From positions 9,390 through 73,389 of the forward strand of contig JAFMCH010000003.1 of assembly GCA_017857875.1 (NCBI GenBank): a stretch of DNA of 64,000 nucleotides. The letters run 5' to 3'. How positions within the stretch are numbered: the stretch's first letter is position 1; each line of letters starts with the position of its first letter. Below the pieces are notes generated by a model. It was not told where the DNA came from. It saw only the letters and a program-made list of their open reading frames with translations, and made no database searches. This document shows positions 53,669 to 61,567 of the stretch, in pieces. A program made the translations under genes and the position numbers. This DNA comes from Actinomycetota bacterium (lineage in GTDB: Bacteria; Actinomycetota; Actinomycetes; S36-B12).

Positions 53669-53765
53669 GTGTACGAGTATACGTCAAGCCACCGACAACG
53701 ACAACCCCCGACACCCACTAAAAATGTTGCAGCACAATAACTTTATCCACAGGAGAAAAGTGTCC

Positions 53766-56360
53766 CTAGGCAATCTGTCTAGTAACCAACGACTTGAAGA
53801 CACCGTCTATAGCCATGAGTTCATCGAATGTGCCCGACTCCACAGCGACTCCAGCATCGAGCACGACGATGAGATCAGCAGAACGGATAGTCGAGAGTCG
53901 ATGCGCCACGATTACGCGTGTTGCGTTGAGCTCGGTCATGGCGTTGGTGACTTCTAGTTGACTTGCATTGTCCAGCGCACTGGTCGCTTCATCAAGAATG
54001 AGAATCGCCGGTTGCCGGACAAGGGCACGAGCCAACAGGATTCGTTGAGCCTGTCCGCCTGACACGTTGCTCGGGTCAACAATTGTTTGCATCTTCATGG
54101 GCATTGCACGAATATCGTCTGCCAGCGCAGCTTTCTCGGCCGCCGCCCACGCTTTGTCCTCATCGGTTGAAGTCGCGCCCAGGATATTACGAATGATCGT
54201 GCCGCGAGTGATCGCGCCGTCTTGAACCACCACCCCCATTTGGGCACGCACAAGGGTCGGATCCAGGCTTCGCAGGTCGCGTCCATCAAACAACACCTGG
54301 CCCTGTTCAGGCGTGTCAAAACCAAGGAGCAGTCGCGTAATGGTCGACTTACCAGCGCCTGAGGGGCCGACTAGCGCCACCATCGATCCCGCTGGTACCG
54401 CGAGGTCAAGGCCCTTGAGAACTCGAGGCCCGTCATGGGTGTACCGAAACACGACGTCTCGCAACTCAATATGGCCGCTGAGTCGACCTGGATCCTGACG
54501 ACCAGCAGATACCTCCGGCAACTCCTCCATGATGGGCGCGAGCAGGTTGAACGTTGGCCCAGCATTAGCCAGGGGTGAAATGAGCGATGAAAGACCAGCG
54601 ATGGCGGCAAACACGAGTCCATAGGCGCTGGCAAAAGATAGGTAATCAGCGGTGCTGATCGGCGCGGTGTCTCCTGACCAACTCAGCAGGATGACCAAAT
54701 AGAACGCCGCCGAGGCACCTGAAGCACCGAAGATGAACCACGAACTCATGCGGCCGACGACGAGAGTTTCGCGCGACTGAGCAACTGCCTGCCGACGGGC
54801 GATATCGAAATAACGTGCTTCCATTTGTGGCTCAGCCGAGGCGAGACGGATCTTGACGATGCCACGCAACATCTGAACCATCCACCCATTGGCCTCACGC
54901 TGAGCTGCGAGTGTCAACGTTGCGTACCTTGAGATAGATCGAATCGCAATGGCGAGCACTACACTGCAAATGAACAAGAACCCTGTGCCTGCCAGCCCTA
55001 GCCTGACGTCGTAATAGAACATCAATGCGAGATTGACAACGGCGAAAACGGCCGCAAGCAACGCACTAATGACCTGGGCACTGAGAAGTGCCTGCAAACT
55101 GTCGACTGCCATGACCCGCACCGTGAGGTCACCTGAGCTGTAGCGCCTAAAGAAACTAGCGGGCAGCGAAAGCACTCTATCCCACATAGCGGCCTGTGCC
55201 GTGAGTGTGGCGCGTTGCGAAATAGCCGACACCGTGAAGTTCTGCACCATGGTGAATACGAAAGCCACACTGGCGGCAATGATGAGCGCGCCGCCAATTT
55301 GCAGGAGGCGTGAACTTTCACCGGAGGGGATGATGCTAGCGATGGTCACGTTGGTCAGCACCGGAGTGAGTAGGCCAAGCATCGCAACTCCGAAAGCCAT
55401 GAGGGCCGCAAAACCCCACAGGCCGTTCATACCTCGTGTTCCCAATCGCACAATGTCGCGAACCCGAATCGACCTGTCTTGCGCCAATGGCGGGTAAATC
55501 TCATATGCAGTCGGAACAAGCTGATCACGTACTTCAGAAGTCAGTGGCAGAGCTCGCGGGTCGGTAGGTCGTTGGATGGCATACCCGCGACCGGATCGAA
55601 ACAGTGCGACAGGTGTCGGTTTCGAACCAGGGACAATCAACGTGGCTAGATAAGAACTTCGTGACGCTTGCTCCCATCCAGGTGTCAACGTGACCGTGCG
55701 GTACCTCACTCCGCAGGTGTGTGTGATCAACCTGATCGGATCATGTGCAGCCTTGAGTTCGTCGATGGTTGGCGACTTGACTGGAAAGTTCAGGTGAGCA
55801 CCCAACATCGTCATGACTGCGATAAGCGGCTGGATAGAGGTGTCAACGACAGGGTCCTTGAGCGTGTGGCTGGAGTACTCAAAGGTCGTGAGCGCCTGGT
55901 TGTAGACGGAGAATCCCGCCTCAGCCGCTGCTTTCGCCGTGGTATCTCGCCGATTCTTCGCGTCTTCGCGAGCAGACTGCACAACGGTTACGAAGGTCGG
56001 TGCAAACTGCGCAAGCTCGGCTGACGCGAGATCGCTCGCCGAATCTCCCAACTCATCACTGACCCGAGCTGCGAAGGTCGACGTCATTTCCTGCGTGATC
56101 TCAGGAGCAGGATCAAGTAAACGAGCAACCCCACCCTGTCGCGGCACAGCGATGAGATCAAGCCCATCAGCACCTAGCGCTTGATCTCCATGGGTGAGCG
56201 TTGCCACCGGAAAGCGAACTCCACCTTCATCCCGTGAAAACAGATCTACCGTGCCAGCGGTTACTTCCACCACGCTGCCGGTTGCGGGCAGCGCGACAAT
56301 GCGTGCGTCTTCAGTGTCATGCGTGGCATTAGGTTCCGACATCGCCACCATCTCCTGCAT
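53766..56360 (-). CDS. ABC transporter permease/ATPase with non-peptidase N-terminal extension (NHLM bacteriocin-system type)
   Basis: 864 aa. About 330 N-terminal residues lack a catalytic Cys motif. Six TM helices follow, then an NBD (GPSGAGKST, LSGGQAQR, ILILDEATSALD). It overlaps the upstream ABC gene by up to 32 nt. Confidence 0.85.
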   Translation of the reverse strand: MQEMVAMSEPNATHDTEDARIVALPATGSVVEVTAGTVDLFSRDEGGVRFPVATLTHGDQALGADGLDLIAVPRQGGVARLLDPAPEITQEMTSTFAARVSDELGDSASDLASAELAQFAPTFVTVVQSAREDAKNRRDTTAKAAAEAGFSVYNQALTTFEYSSHTLKDPVVDTSIQPLIAVMTMLGAHLNFPVKSPTIDELKAAHDPIRLITHTCGVRYRTVTLTPGWEQASRSSYLATLIVPGSKPTPVALFRSGRGYAIQRPTDPRALPLTSEVRDQLVPTAYEIYPPLAQDRSIRVRDIVRLGTRGMNGLWGFAALMAFGVAMLGLLTPVLTNVTIASIIPSGESSRLLQIGGALIIAASVAFVFTMVQNFTVSAISQRATLTAQAAMWDRVLSLPASFFRRYSSGDLTVRVMAVDSLQALLSAQVISALLAAVFAVVNLALMFYYDVRLGLAGTGFLFICSVVLAIAIRSISRYATLTLAAQREANGWMVQMLRGIVKIRLASAEPQMEARYFDIARRQAVAQSRETLVVGRMSSWFIFGASGASAAFYLVILLSWSGDTAPISTADYLSFASAYGLVFAAIAGLSSLISPLANAGPTFNLLAPIMEELPEVSAGRQDPGRLSGHIELRDVVFRYTHDGPRVLKGLDLAVPAGSMVALVGPSGAGKSTITRLLLGFDTPEQGQVLFDGRDLRSLDPTLVRAQMGVVVQDGAITRGTIIRNILGATSTDEDKAWAAAEKAALADDIRAMPMKMQTIVDPSNVSGGQAQRILLARALVRQPAILILDEATSALDNASQLEVTNAMTELNATRVIVAHRLSTIRSADLIVVLDAGVAVESGTFDELMAIDGVFKSLVTRQIA

Positions 56361-58554
56361 CAGACACCATCTGCGCGTACGCTCCCGCAGCGGCCATTAA
56401 GTCATCGTGCGTGCCCCGCTCCAAAATTGCCCCAGCGTGACCCAGCACGATGATTTCATCGGCATCGCGAATCGTGCTGAGGCGATGAGCAACGATCAAG
56501 CACGAGAGGCCTCGATGGCGAAGCGCCTCATCAACGGCTTGCTCCGTAACATCGTCCAGGGCACTCGTTGCTTCGTCCAAGATGATGACGCGGGGGTTGC
56601 GCGCCAACGCTCGAGCGATTTCGATGCGCTGACACTGTCCACCGCTGAAGTTACGTCCCGTCTCGTCGACTCGGCAATCCACGCCATTGCTGCGGGCGAG
56701 TACATCGTCAAGGATCTGAGCGTCACCTAACGCTCGCTCGATCTGATCGGTGGGGATTGTGGAGTCCCACAACGTCACGTTCTCTCGAACCGTTCCTTCA
56801 AACAGCACAATGTCTTGATCAACCTTGGCGATGTAACGTTCCAACGCACCTAAAGGCCACTGCGCTAGCGGGCGTCCGTCGTACAGCACCTCACCGGTTC
56901 GTGGTTGGTACAGGCCGGCGGCAAGATTTGCCACGGTGGTCTTTCCAGCCCCTGAGCCGCCCACCAAAGCAACTCGATGGCCCGGTTTGAGTTCCAGCGT
57001 AAGGCCGTCAATCACCAGCGGGCCGTTGTCGGAGTATCCGAATGAAACATTGTCGAGCACGATGCTGCCTGTATACGGGGGCAGTGGAGCGTCGGCCGTG
57101 AGAGCCGGTCGATCGAAACGTGAGTCTTGCTCATTTGCCAAAACGTCGTCCAACGCCTGCAAGCTGGAGGTAACGATCTGGAGTTGGCCACCGGTTGCCA
57201 TCAGCGTTTGAATCGGACTGTTGAGGTTGGCGGCGAGCGCGCTCACGGCCAAAAGTCCACCGAGAGTGAATGAGCCCTCCATGACTAACCATCCGCCCAG
57301 CACCAGGATGCTCGCACTCGTCAACGAGAACAGCAGTCCAGGAAAAGCGACCAGCAATGCCGAACTCGGCACGAGAGCGGCGGTCGCGCTGACGTAATCA
57401 GATTGCTGGCCGGTCAAGCTCGTGAAGACATCGTCTTCCATGCCGGTGGACTTCACCGTCTCAATACCTTGAATGGACGCGGTAGTCGTACCACGAAGTT
57501 CGTTTTGGCGACGGATCACTCGACTTTGGGTGCTCGTTCGCTTATCCATCACGAGCCGAAGAAGCACGACGTTAGCAAACGAAAGGAGCAGCACGACAAG
57601 GCCAATGAGCCAACTGTAATAAATCAAGAGCGCCGCATAGCCGATTGCCCCGATCAGAGCGATGCCAGCAGTGCCCATTTGAGTGGCCAAGAGCGAGGCC
57701 ACGGTTGAGTTATAACCAACGCGTTGGGAGAGGTCGCCGGTCGAGCGTTCGTCATAGAACCGCAACGGCAGGTGGATCAGCCGATCGACGAAAGATGCTG
57801 TGCCAACGAGGGTCAACTTTGCCTGAAGCCGGGTTATCACTCCGTACTGGAGCAGGGTCATGCCACCACGGAGCAAACCGATAATGAGCAGGATCGACAT
57901 GAGTGTGACGAGGAGTCGACGATCAGAACTCTCGAGTACCCCGTTGATAAACAACTGGCTGACCGGAGCAAGAACCAAACCCAGCAGCATCGCGATGAGA
58001 CCGGTAGCGATCGCGAAATTTACTCCACTCTTGCTCTTGCGTAGACGTTTCCAAAGGCCCGGTGTGGCACGGTATCGATGTCCGGCAGGAACGAAAGAGT
58101 CAGACTTCGTGAAGGTGATCGCTGCACCCGAATACATGGCGGCAAAGTCTTGGGAATCAACGGTGTAGCGGCCACGCGCAGGGTCATTGACATAGAAAGT
58201 TCCGCCGTGGGCTCCCTCAAGCACCACGAAGTGTGAACGTCGAACCCAGATGATGGCTGGAGTCGACATGTCATTGAGGTCGTCGATCGTGCCGCGGTGA
58301 CCTTGAGGCTCGAGCCCGTACTGTTCGGCCGCCTGCATGATCGCGATGGCGCTGGCCCCGTCACGTGACACCCCGCAGGCCGCACGCAAGGTGTCCAGGG
58401 TCTCCCACCGGCCGAAGTACGCGAGCACCATGCCCAGGCTTGCCGCACCGCATTCGACCTGCGCTTGTTGCAATATCGTCGGCACCTTGACGCGTTCGGG
58501 GCTGGTGATCACCGCCGTGCCTGGCGCCGCCGGGGCAACATCCGGCTGGGTCAT
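56329..58554 (-). CDS. C39-peptidase-domain ABC transporter (leader-cleaving bacteriocin exporter)
   Basis: 741 aa. The N-terminal C39 domain has a catalytic Cys context (QQAQVECGAASLGMVLAYFG) and a His context (SHFVVLEG). A TM domain follows, then an NBD (GGSGAGKTT, FSGGQCQR, VIILDEATSALD). Confidence 0.9.
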   Translation of the reverse strand: MTQPDVAPAAPGTAVITSPERVKVPTILQQAQVECGAASLGMVLAYFGRWETLDTLRAACGVSRDGASAIAIMQAAEQYGLEPQGHRGTIDDLNDMSTPAIIWVRRSHFVVLEGAHGGTFYVNDPARGRYTVDSQDFAAMYSGAAITFTKSDSFVPAGHRYRATPGLWKRLRKSKSGVNFAIATGLIAMLLGLVLAPVSQLFINGVLESSDRRLLVTLMSILLIIGLLRGGMTLLQYGVITRLQAKLTLVGTASFVDRLIHLPLRFYDERSTGDLSQRVGYNSTVASLLATQMGTAGIALIGAIGYAALLIYYSWLIGLVVLLLSFANVVLLRLVMDKRTSTQSRVIRRQNELRGTTTASIQGIETVKSTGMEDDVFTSLTGQQSDYVSATAALVPSSALLVAFPGLLFSLTSASILVLGGWLVMEGSFTLGGLLAVSALAANLNSPIQTLMATGGQLQIVTSSLQALDDVLANEQDSRFDRPALTADAPLPPYTGSIVLDNVSFGYSDNGPLVIDGLTLELKPGHRVALVGGSGAGKTTVANLAAGLYQPRTGEVLYDGRPLAQWPLGALERYIAKVDQDIVLFEGTVRENVTLWDSTIPTDQIERALGDAQILDDVLARSNGVDCRVDETGRNFSGGQCQRIEIARALARNPRVIILDEATSALDDVTEQAVDEALRHRGLSCLIVAHRLSTIRDADEIIVLGHAGAILERGTHDDLMAAAGAYAQMVSDAGDGGDVGT

Positions 58555-59420
58555 TCATTGCCCCCGAATAGCAGGTCAATCGGGTGAATGTAGGCATAGG
58601 TATTCGTGATCTCGACGATCTCACCCGGAATAGGAATGGGAGATCCGTTATCGGGCCAACTATCCAAGGTCAACAGAACTCGATAGGGAAATCCACCAGC
58701 ATCGTCGAGCCACTGCTGTGCTAGCGGTTCAGAAGCGCTTTCAGCCAACATTGCCTGAAGCGAGGACGGACTCTCCCCCACGTCATCGATGGTGGCCTCA
58801 GACTGGGTTGTGACGTTGGACGACACATTGGACACGGTCACCTGAACCGTGTCGCCCTTCGTGATCGTTTCGGCAATCGTGGCCGGCACAAACGTGACTA
58901 TCTTGACTTGGCTCGACGTGTCGACAAGCGTCACGAGCGTGGCGAGCGCATCCCCGGCCTCTACACCTTGGCCCTCCTCCACATAAAACTCCGTCACCCG
59001 ACCCGAAGCACCGGCGAGAACGTCGACCGTGGGGCCGCCATCAAACTCGGCAATCGAGGCAATAACGGAGTCATCTGACTTTGGCCCGTCGACCGGGGTC
59101 GGAAGTGAGACGATGCCTGACGTGGGGGCGCTGATCACCTCACTGTGGTAGAGCGCCGAGACCGTGCCAACGGCTGATACCTGTTGAGGAAGCGAGCCCA
59201 CAAATGACCACACCAACACGACACCAATTGCAGCCAGGGTGACCCATAGTGCCCACCAGCCGTGCGGGGTCGTCGTTCGAGTGACCTCGTCAAGGGATTC
59301 TGGGCTTGCCGATGATGCGGAACCTGTTGTCGAAACTGACTCAGGCATCTGATTGATCCCTTCAAAGCCCTTCAGGTGAAGCGCATCTAGTGCGCCACTG
59401 CCCACGCCGGACGACTGCAT
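58551..59420 (-). CDS. HlyD-family / NHLM bacteriocin-system secretion adaptor
   Basis: 289 aa with a single N-terminal TM helix (WWALWVTLAAIGVVLVW) and barrel-sandwich-like blocks (SGRVTEFYVEEGQGVEAGDALATL). It forms an ATGA overlap with the C39 ABC gene. Confidence 0.78.
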   Translation of the reverse strand: MQSSGVGSGALDALHLKGFEGINQMPESVSTTGSASSASPESLDEVTRTTTPHGWWALWVTLAAIGVVLVWSFVGSLPQQVSAVGTVSALYHSEVISAPTSGIVSLPTPVDGPKSDDSVIASIAEFDGGPTVDVLAGASGRVTEFYVEEGQGVEAGDALATLVTLVDTSSQVKIVTFVPATIAETITKGDTVQVTVSNVSSNVTTQSEATIDDVGESPSSLQAMLAESASEPLAQQWLDDAGGFPYRVLLTLDSWPDNGSPIPIPGEIVEITNTYAYIHPIDLLFGGNE

Positions 59421-59595
59421 CCTAGAGGTTGCCTGCCTCGGGGCAGCCAGCCCCCATTCAGGTACTTGGTCATCGTGCGTGTTTTCACCTGCATCAGGGT
59501 CGCTCGACCAAGTAACAAGCCCACGCTGTCCTATACGTTGCCATCGGCGACCGGCGTCTACGTCAGCGCCGGCCCACCACCTAAAGGAGCATCAC

Positions 59596-59850
59596 ATGAG
59601 CAATACTTTCCACGAAACCGCCAAAGCTCTCGCCGAGAACGACGAGTTGCGCAACAAGGTCATGACCGCAGGTTCAGCTGAAGAGCGCGCTGCTGTTCTG
59701 CGTGAGGCTGGCGTACCCGTGCCCACGCACGCCGACATCAATGCTGCCCACGCCGAGGCGAACATGGCCGGAGTCGACGGCGGCAACACCACGACTTCCA
59801 TCATCAAAGCTGCTGCTCCTGCGGCAGCAGACGCTGCGGCAGCAGCCTGA
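59596..59850 (+). CDS. RiPP precursor peptide A, Nif11-type leader ending in GG, 21-aa core NTTTSIIKAAAPAAADAAAAA
   Basis: MSNTFHETAKALAENDELRNKVMTAGSAEERAAVLREAGVPVPTHADINAAHAEANMAGVDGG|NTTTSIIKAAAPAAADAAAAA. An AAAGGAG Shine-Dalgarno lies 7 nt upstream of the ATG. The helical leader with EE...REAG and a terminal double glycine fits the Nif11 N-terminal domain pattern. Confidence 0.8.
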   Translation: MSNTFHETAKALAENDELRNKVMTAGSAEERAAVLREAGVPVPTHADINAAHAEANMAGVDGGNTTTSIIKAAAPAAADAAAAA

Positions 59851-59995
59851 TCTATCGGCCTGCTAGGTGGGTGTCGCGCATGTTTTCACCCGCATCACCA
59901 TCCCTGACGAATCAACCGGGGATACCCGAGCAGTAGGTTGACACAACCGGCCGACGACCCACCCGGCGTCGTCGCATGACCAAGAGGAGAATCAC

Positions 59996-60250
59996 ATGAG
60001 CAACACTTTCCACGAAACCGCCAAAGCCCTCGGCGAGAACGACGAGCTGCGCGCCAAGGTAATGGCCGCTGGTTCCGCTGAAGAGCGCGCTGCTGTTCTG
60101 CGTGAGGCTGGCGTACCCGTGCCCACGCACGCCGACATCAATGCTGCCCACGCCGAGGCGAACATGGCCGGAGTCGACGGCGGCAACACCACGACTTCCG
60201 TCATCAAAGCTGCTGCTCCTGCGGCTGCAGAAGCTGCAGCCGCGGCCTGA
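59996..60250 (+). CDS. RiPP precursor peptide B, Nif11-type leader ending in GG, 21-aa core NTTTSVIKAAAPAAAEAAAAA
   Basis: This 84-aa paralogue differs from A at 5 residues (A13G, N20A, T24A, I69V, D79E). A GAGGAG Shine-Dalgarno lies upstream. Confidence 0.8.
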   Translation: MSNTFHETAKALGENDELRAKVMAAGSAEERAAVLREAGVPVPTHADINAAHAEANMAGVDGGNTTTSVIKAAAPAAAEAAAAA

Positions 60251-60263
60251 TCTATCGGCCGAA

Positions 60264-60306
60264 TTAGGTGGGACCTGACATCTGCGTCAGGCCCCACCTA
60301 ATTTTT
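60264..60306 (+). terminator. Intrinsic terminator/attenuator between precursor B and ycaO
   Basis: TTAGGTGGGACCTGAC (60264-60279) pairs with GTCAGGCCCCACCTAA (60286-60301), 15 of 16 positions, around a 6-nt loop. TTTTT follows at 60302-60306. Confidence 0.6.
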
Positions 60307-60334
60307 CGCACAAACTCCCTACAGGAGCGATTCG

Positions 60335-61567
60335 TTGCTCAACTTTGACCCTCTCCTTACGCCGGCAGATTTTCCGCTCCCCGTTGGTATCGCGACCGAG
60401 TCGGGTCGCCGCACGAGACCGACCGAGGAATTGCGCGCCTTCCTCACCCCCCACCTCGAGGCCTATGGCATCACCCGGGTGGCTCATCTCACTGGTTTCG
60501 ATTACGTCGGACTCAATGTGCACATGGCCGTCAAGCCACAGGGGCGGAGTCTTTCAAGCGGCAGCGGCAAGGGGGCAACACCGGACGCAAGTTGGGTTAG
60601 CGCTGTTATGGAATGTTGCGAACAATCCGTGTGGGAAACCCTCGACCTGGATCTCATGCACAGCAGCCGCACCATGATGCAGCGACTTGGCGCCACCGTC
60701 GTTGACGGTCACTCCCTCCCGCAGGTGAAGGGTGCGCACTGGCATGACGACCTGCCGGTTGATTGGACACCGGGCTGGGACATTGTCGCTGGTGAAGAGG
60801 TGTGGGTCCCAGCAGCCATGGTGATGGTGAATCAACCCGGTCGCGGCCCCCGTATGCCGTTTGTGAGTGGCTCCAACGGTTTAGCGAGCGGCGCCCACGT
60901 ACTGGAAGCCCTGTTGTCTGGTTTGCAGGAAGCAATCGAACGCGATGGCCTCACCCTGCGCACGATCATTAATCCAGCGCCCTACGTCAACGGACTAGAC
61001 ATCCTGCGACAAGCTGCTCCAAGTGTCGCCGAACGCATCGAACGTTCAGGCTTGATTCTCCAGACTGTCAATGCGACGACCGAAATAGGCGTCCCCATCG
61101 CAGCCGCGTACTTGAAGGAGCATGAGGGTGGCACTACCGGTTCCTTTAAAGGCATGGGAGCCGGGCTAAGCATGAGCACGGCCTTAGTACGAGCGGTGAC
61201 CGAAGCCGCGCAATCGCGGTGCCTCATTGTGGCCGGGGCGCGCGATGATCTGTTCGAAACCTCACGTTCTGCGTCGGTCAGCAAGCCCGCACCCAGACAC
61301 GAGATTCCCGTCGGCAACCTGGAGGCCGGAACTGATTACGCGACGGGAAGCGTTACCGGCGATATCGAATGGATGGTGACACAACTGGTCGCCTCAGGTT
61401 TCGAACGTGTCATCGTTATTCGACACACGGCTCCGGAAGATCCCGTGCAGGTTGTTCGCGTCATTGTTCCTGGGCTGGAGGGATATCCATTTTCCTCGGC
61501 CGCACCTGGCCAACGGGCCAAGACTTGGAGACCAGCAAGCGCAATGGCAGATAGCGGTGGCCAATGA
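60335..61567 (+). CDS. YcaO domain protein (ATP-dependent peptide-backbone-activating enzyme)
   Basis: 410 aa with a TTG start 7 nt after AGGAG. The YcaO blocks are SSGSGKGATPDASWVSAVMECCEQSVWE and SNGLASGAHVLEALLSGLQEAIERD. No E1-like or Ocin-ThiF partner gene is visible. Confidence 0.85.
   Translation: MLNFDPLLTPADFPLPVGIATESGRRTRPTEELRAFLTPHLEAYGITRVAHLTGFDYVGLNVHMAVKPQGRSLSSGSGKGATPDASWVSAVMECCEQSVWETLDLDLMHSSRTMMQRLGATVVDGHSLPQVKGAHWHDDLPVDWTPGWDIVAGEEVWVPAAMVMVNQPGRGPRMPFVSGSNGLASGAHVLEALLSGLQEAIERDGLTLRTIINPAPYVNGLDILRQAAPSVAERIERSGLILQTVNATTEIGVPIAAAYLKEHEGGTTGSFKGMGAGLSMSTALVRAVTEAAQSRCLIVAGARDDLFETSRSASVSKPAPRHEIPVGNLEAGTDYATGSVTGDIEWMVTQLVASGFERVIVIRHTAPEDPVQVVRVIVPGLEGYPFSSAAPGQRAKTWRPASAMADSGGQ

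Larger units (their letters stand above)
59471..60275 (+). repeat. Tandem duplication (2 x ~400 bp), each unit carrying one precursor gene with its upstream motif and downstream tail
   Basis: The ATG codons at 59596 and 59996 are exactly 400 nt apart. A 123-nt stretch inside the two genes is identical. Both units share GTTTTCACC(T/C)GCATCA about 115 nt upstream and TGATCTATCGGCC...TAGGTGGG after the stop. Confidence 0.85.

Noticed and set aside
53413-53718. 101-aa alternative-frame ORF across the DUF222 interruption, a possible sign of a programmed frameshift
   Set aside because: The two DUF222/HNH pieces are in the same frame and are separated by a plain TAG. The alternative frame has no family resemblance.
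59479-59595. 39-codon upstream extension of precursor A (123-aa ORF in the track)
   Set aside because: Precursor B has no equivalent open extension. An AAAGGAG Shine-Dalgarno sits directly before the internal ATG at 59596. The two 84-aa products align end to end.
59806-59850. GCN-rich run at the 3' end of each precursor gene (also 60206-60250) as a possible non-coding simple-sequence repeat
   Set aside because: Both copies keep the same reading frame, length and stop codon while differing at synonymous positions. This argues for a translated poly-Ala tail rather than a microsatellite.
59592-60297. Antisense ORFs (71 and 101 aa) opposite the precursor genes, which unlike the sense peptides contain Cys residues and could be mistaken for Cys-bearing YcaO substrates
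   Set aside because: They have no ribosome-binding site and no leader-like or GG motif. They are oriented against the maturase operon. The sense strand carries a clear Nif11-type leader with conserved Shine-Dalgarno sequences, so the Cys codons are a by-product of antisense Ala codons.
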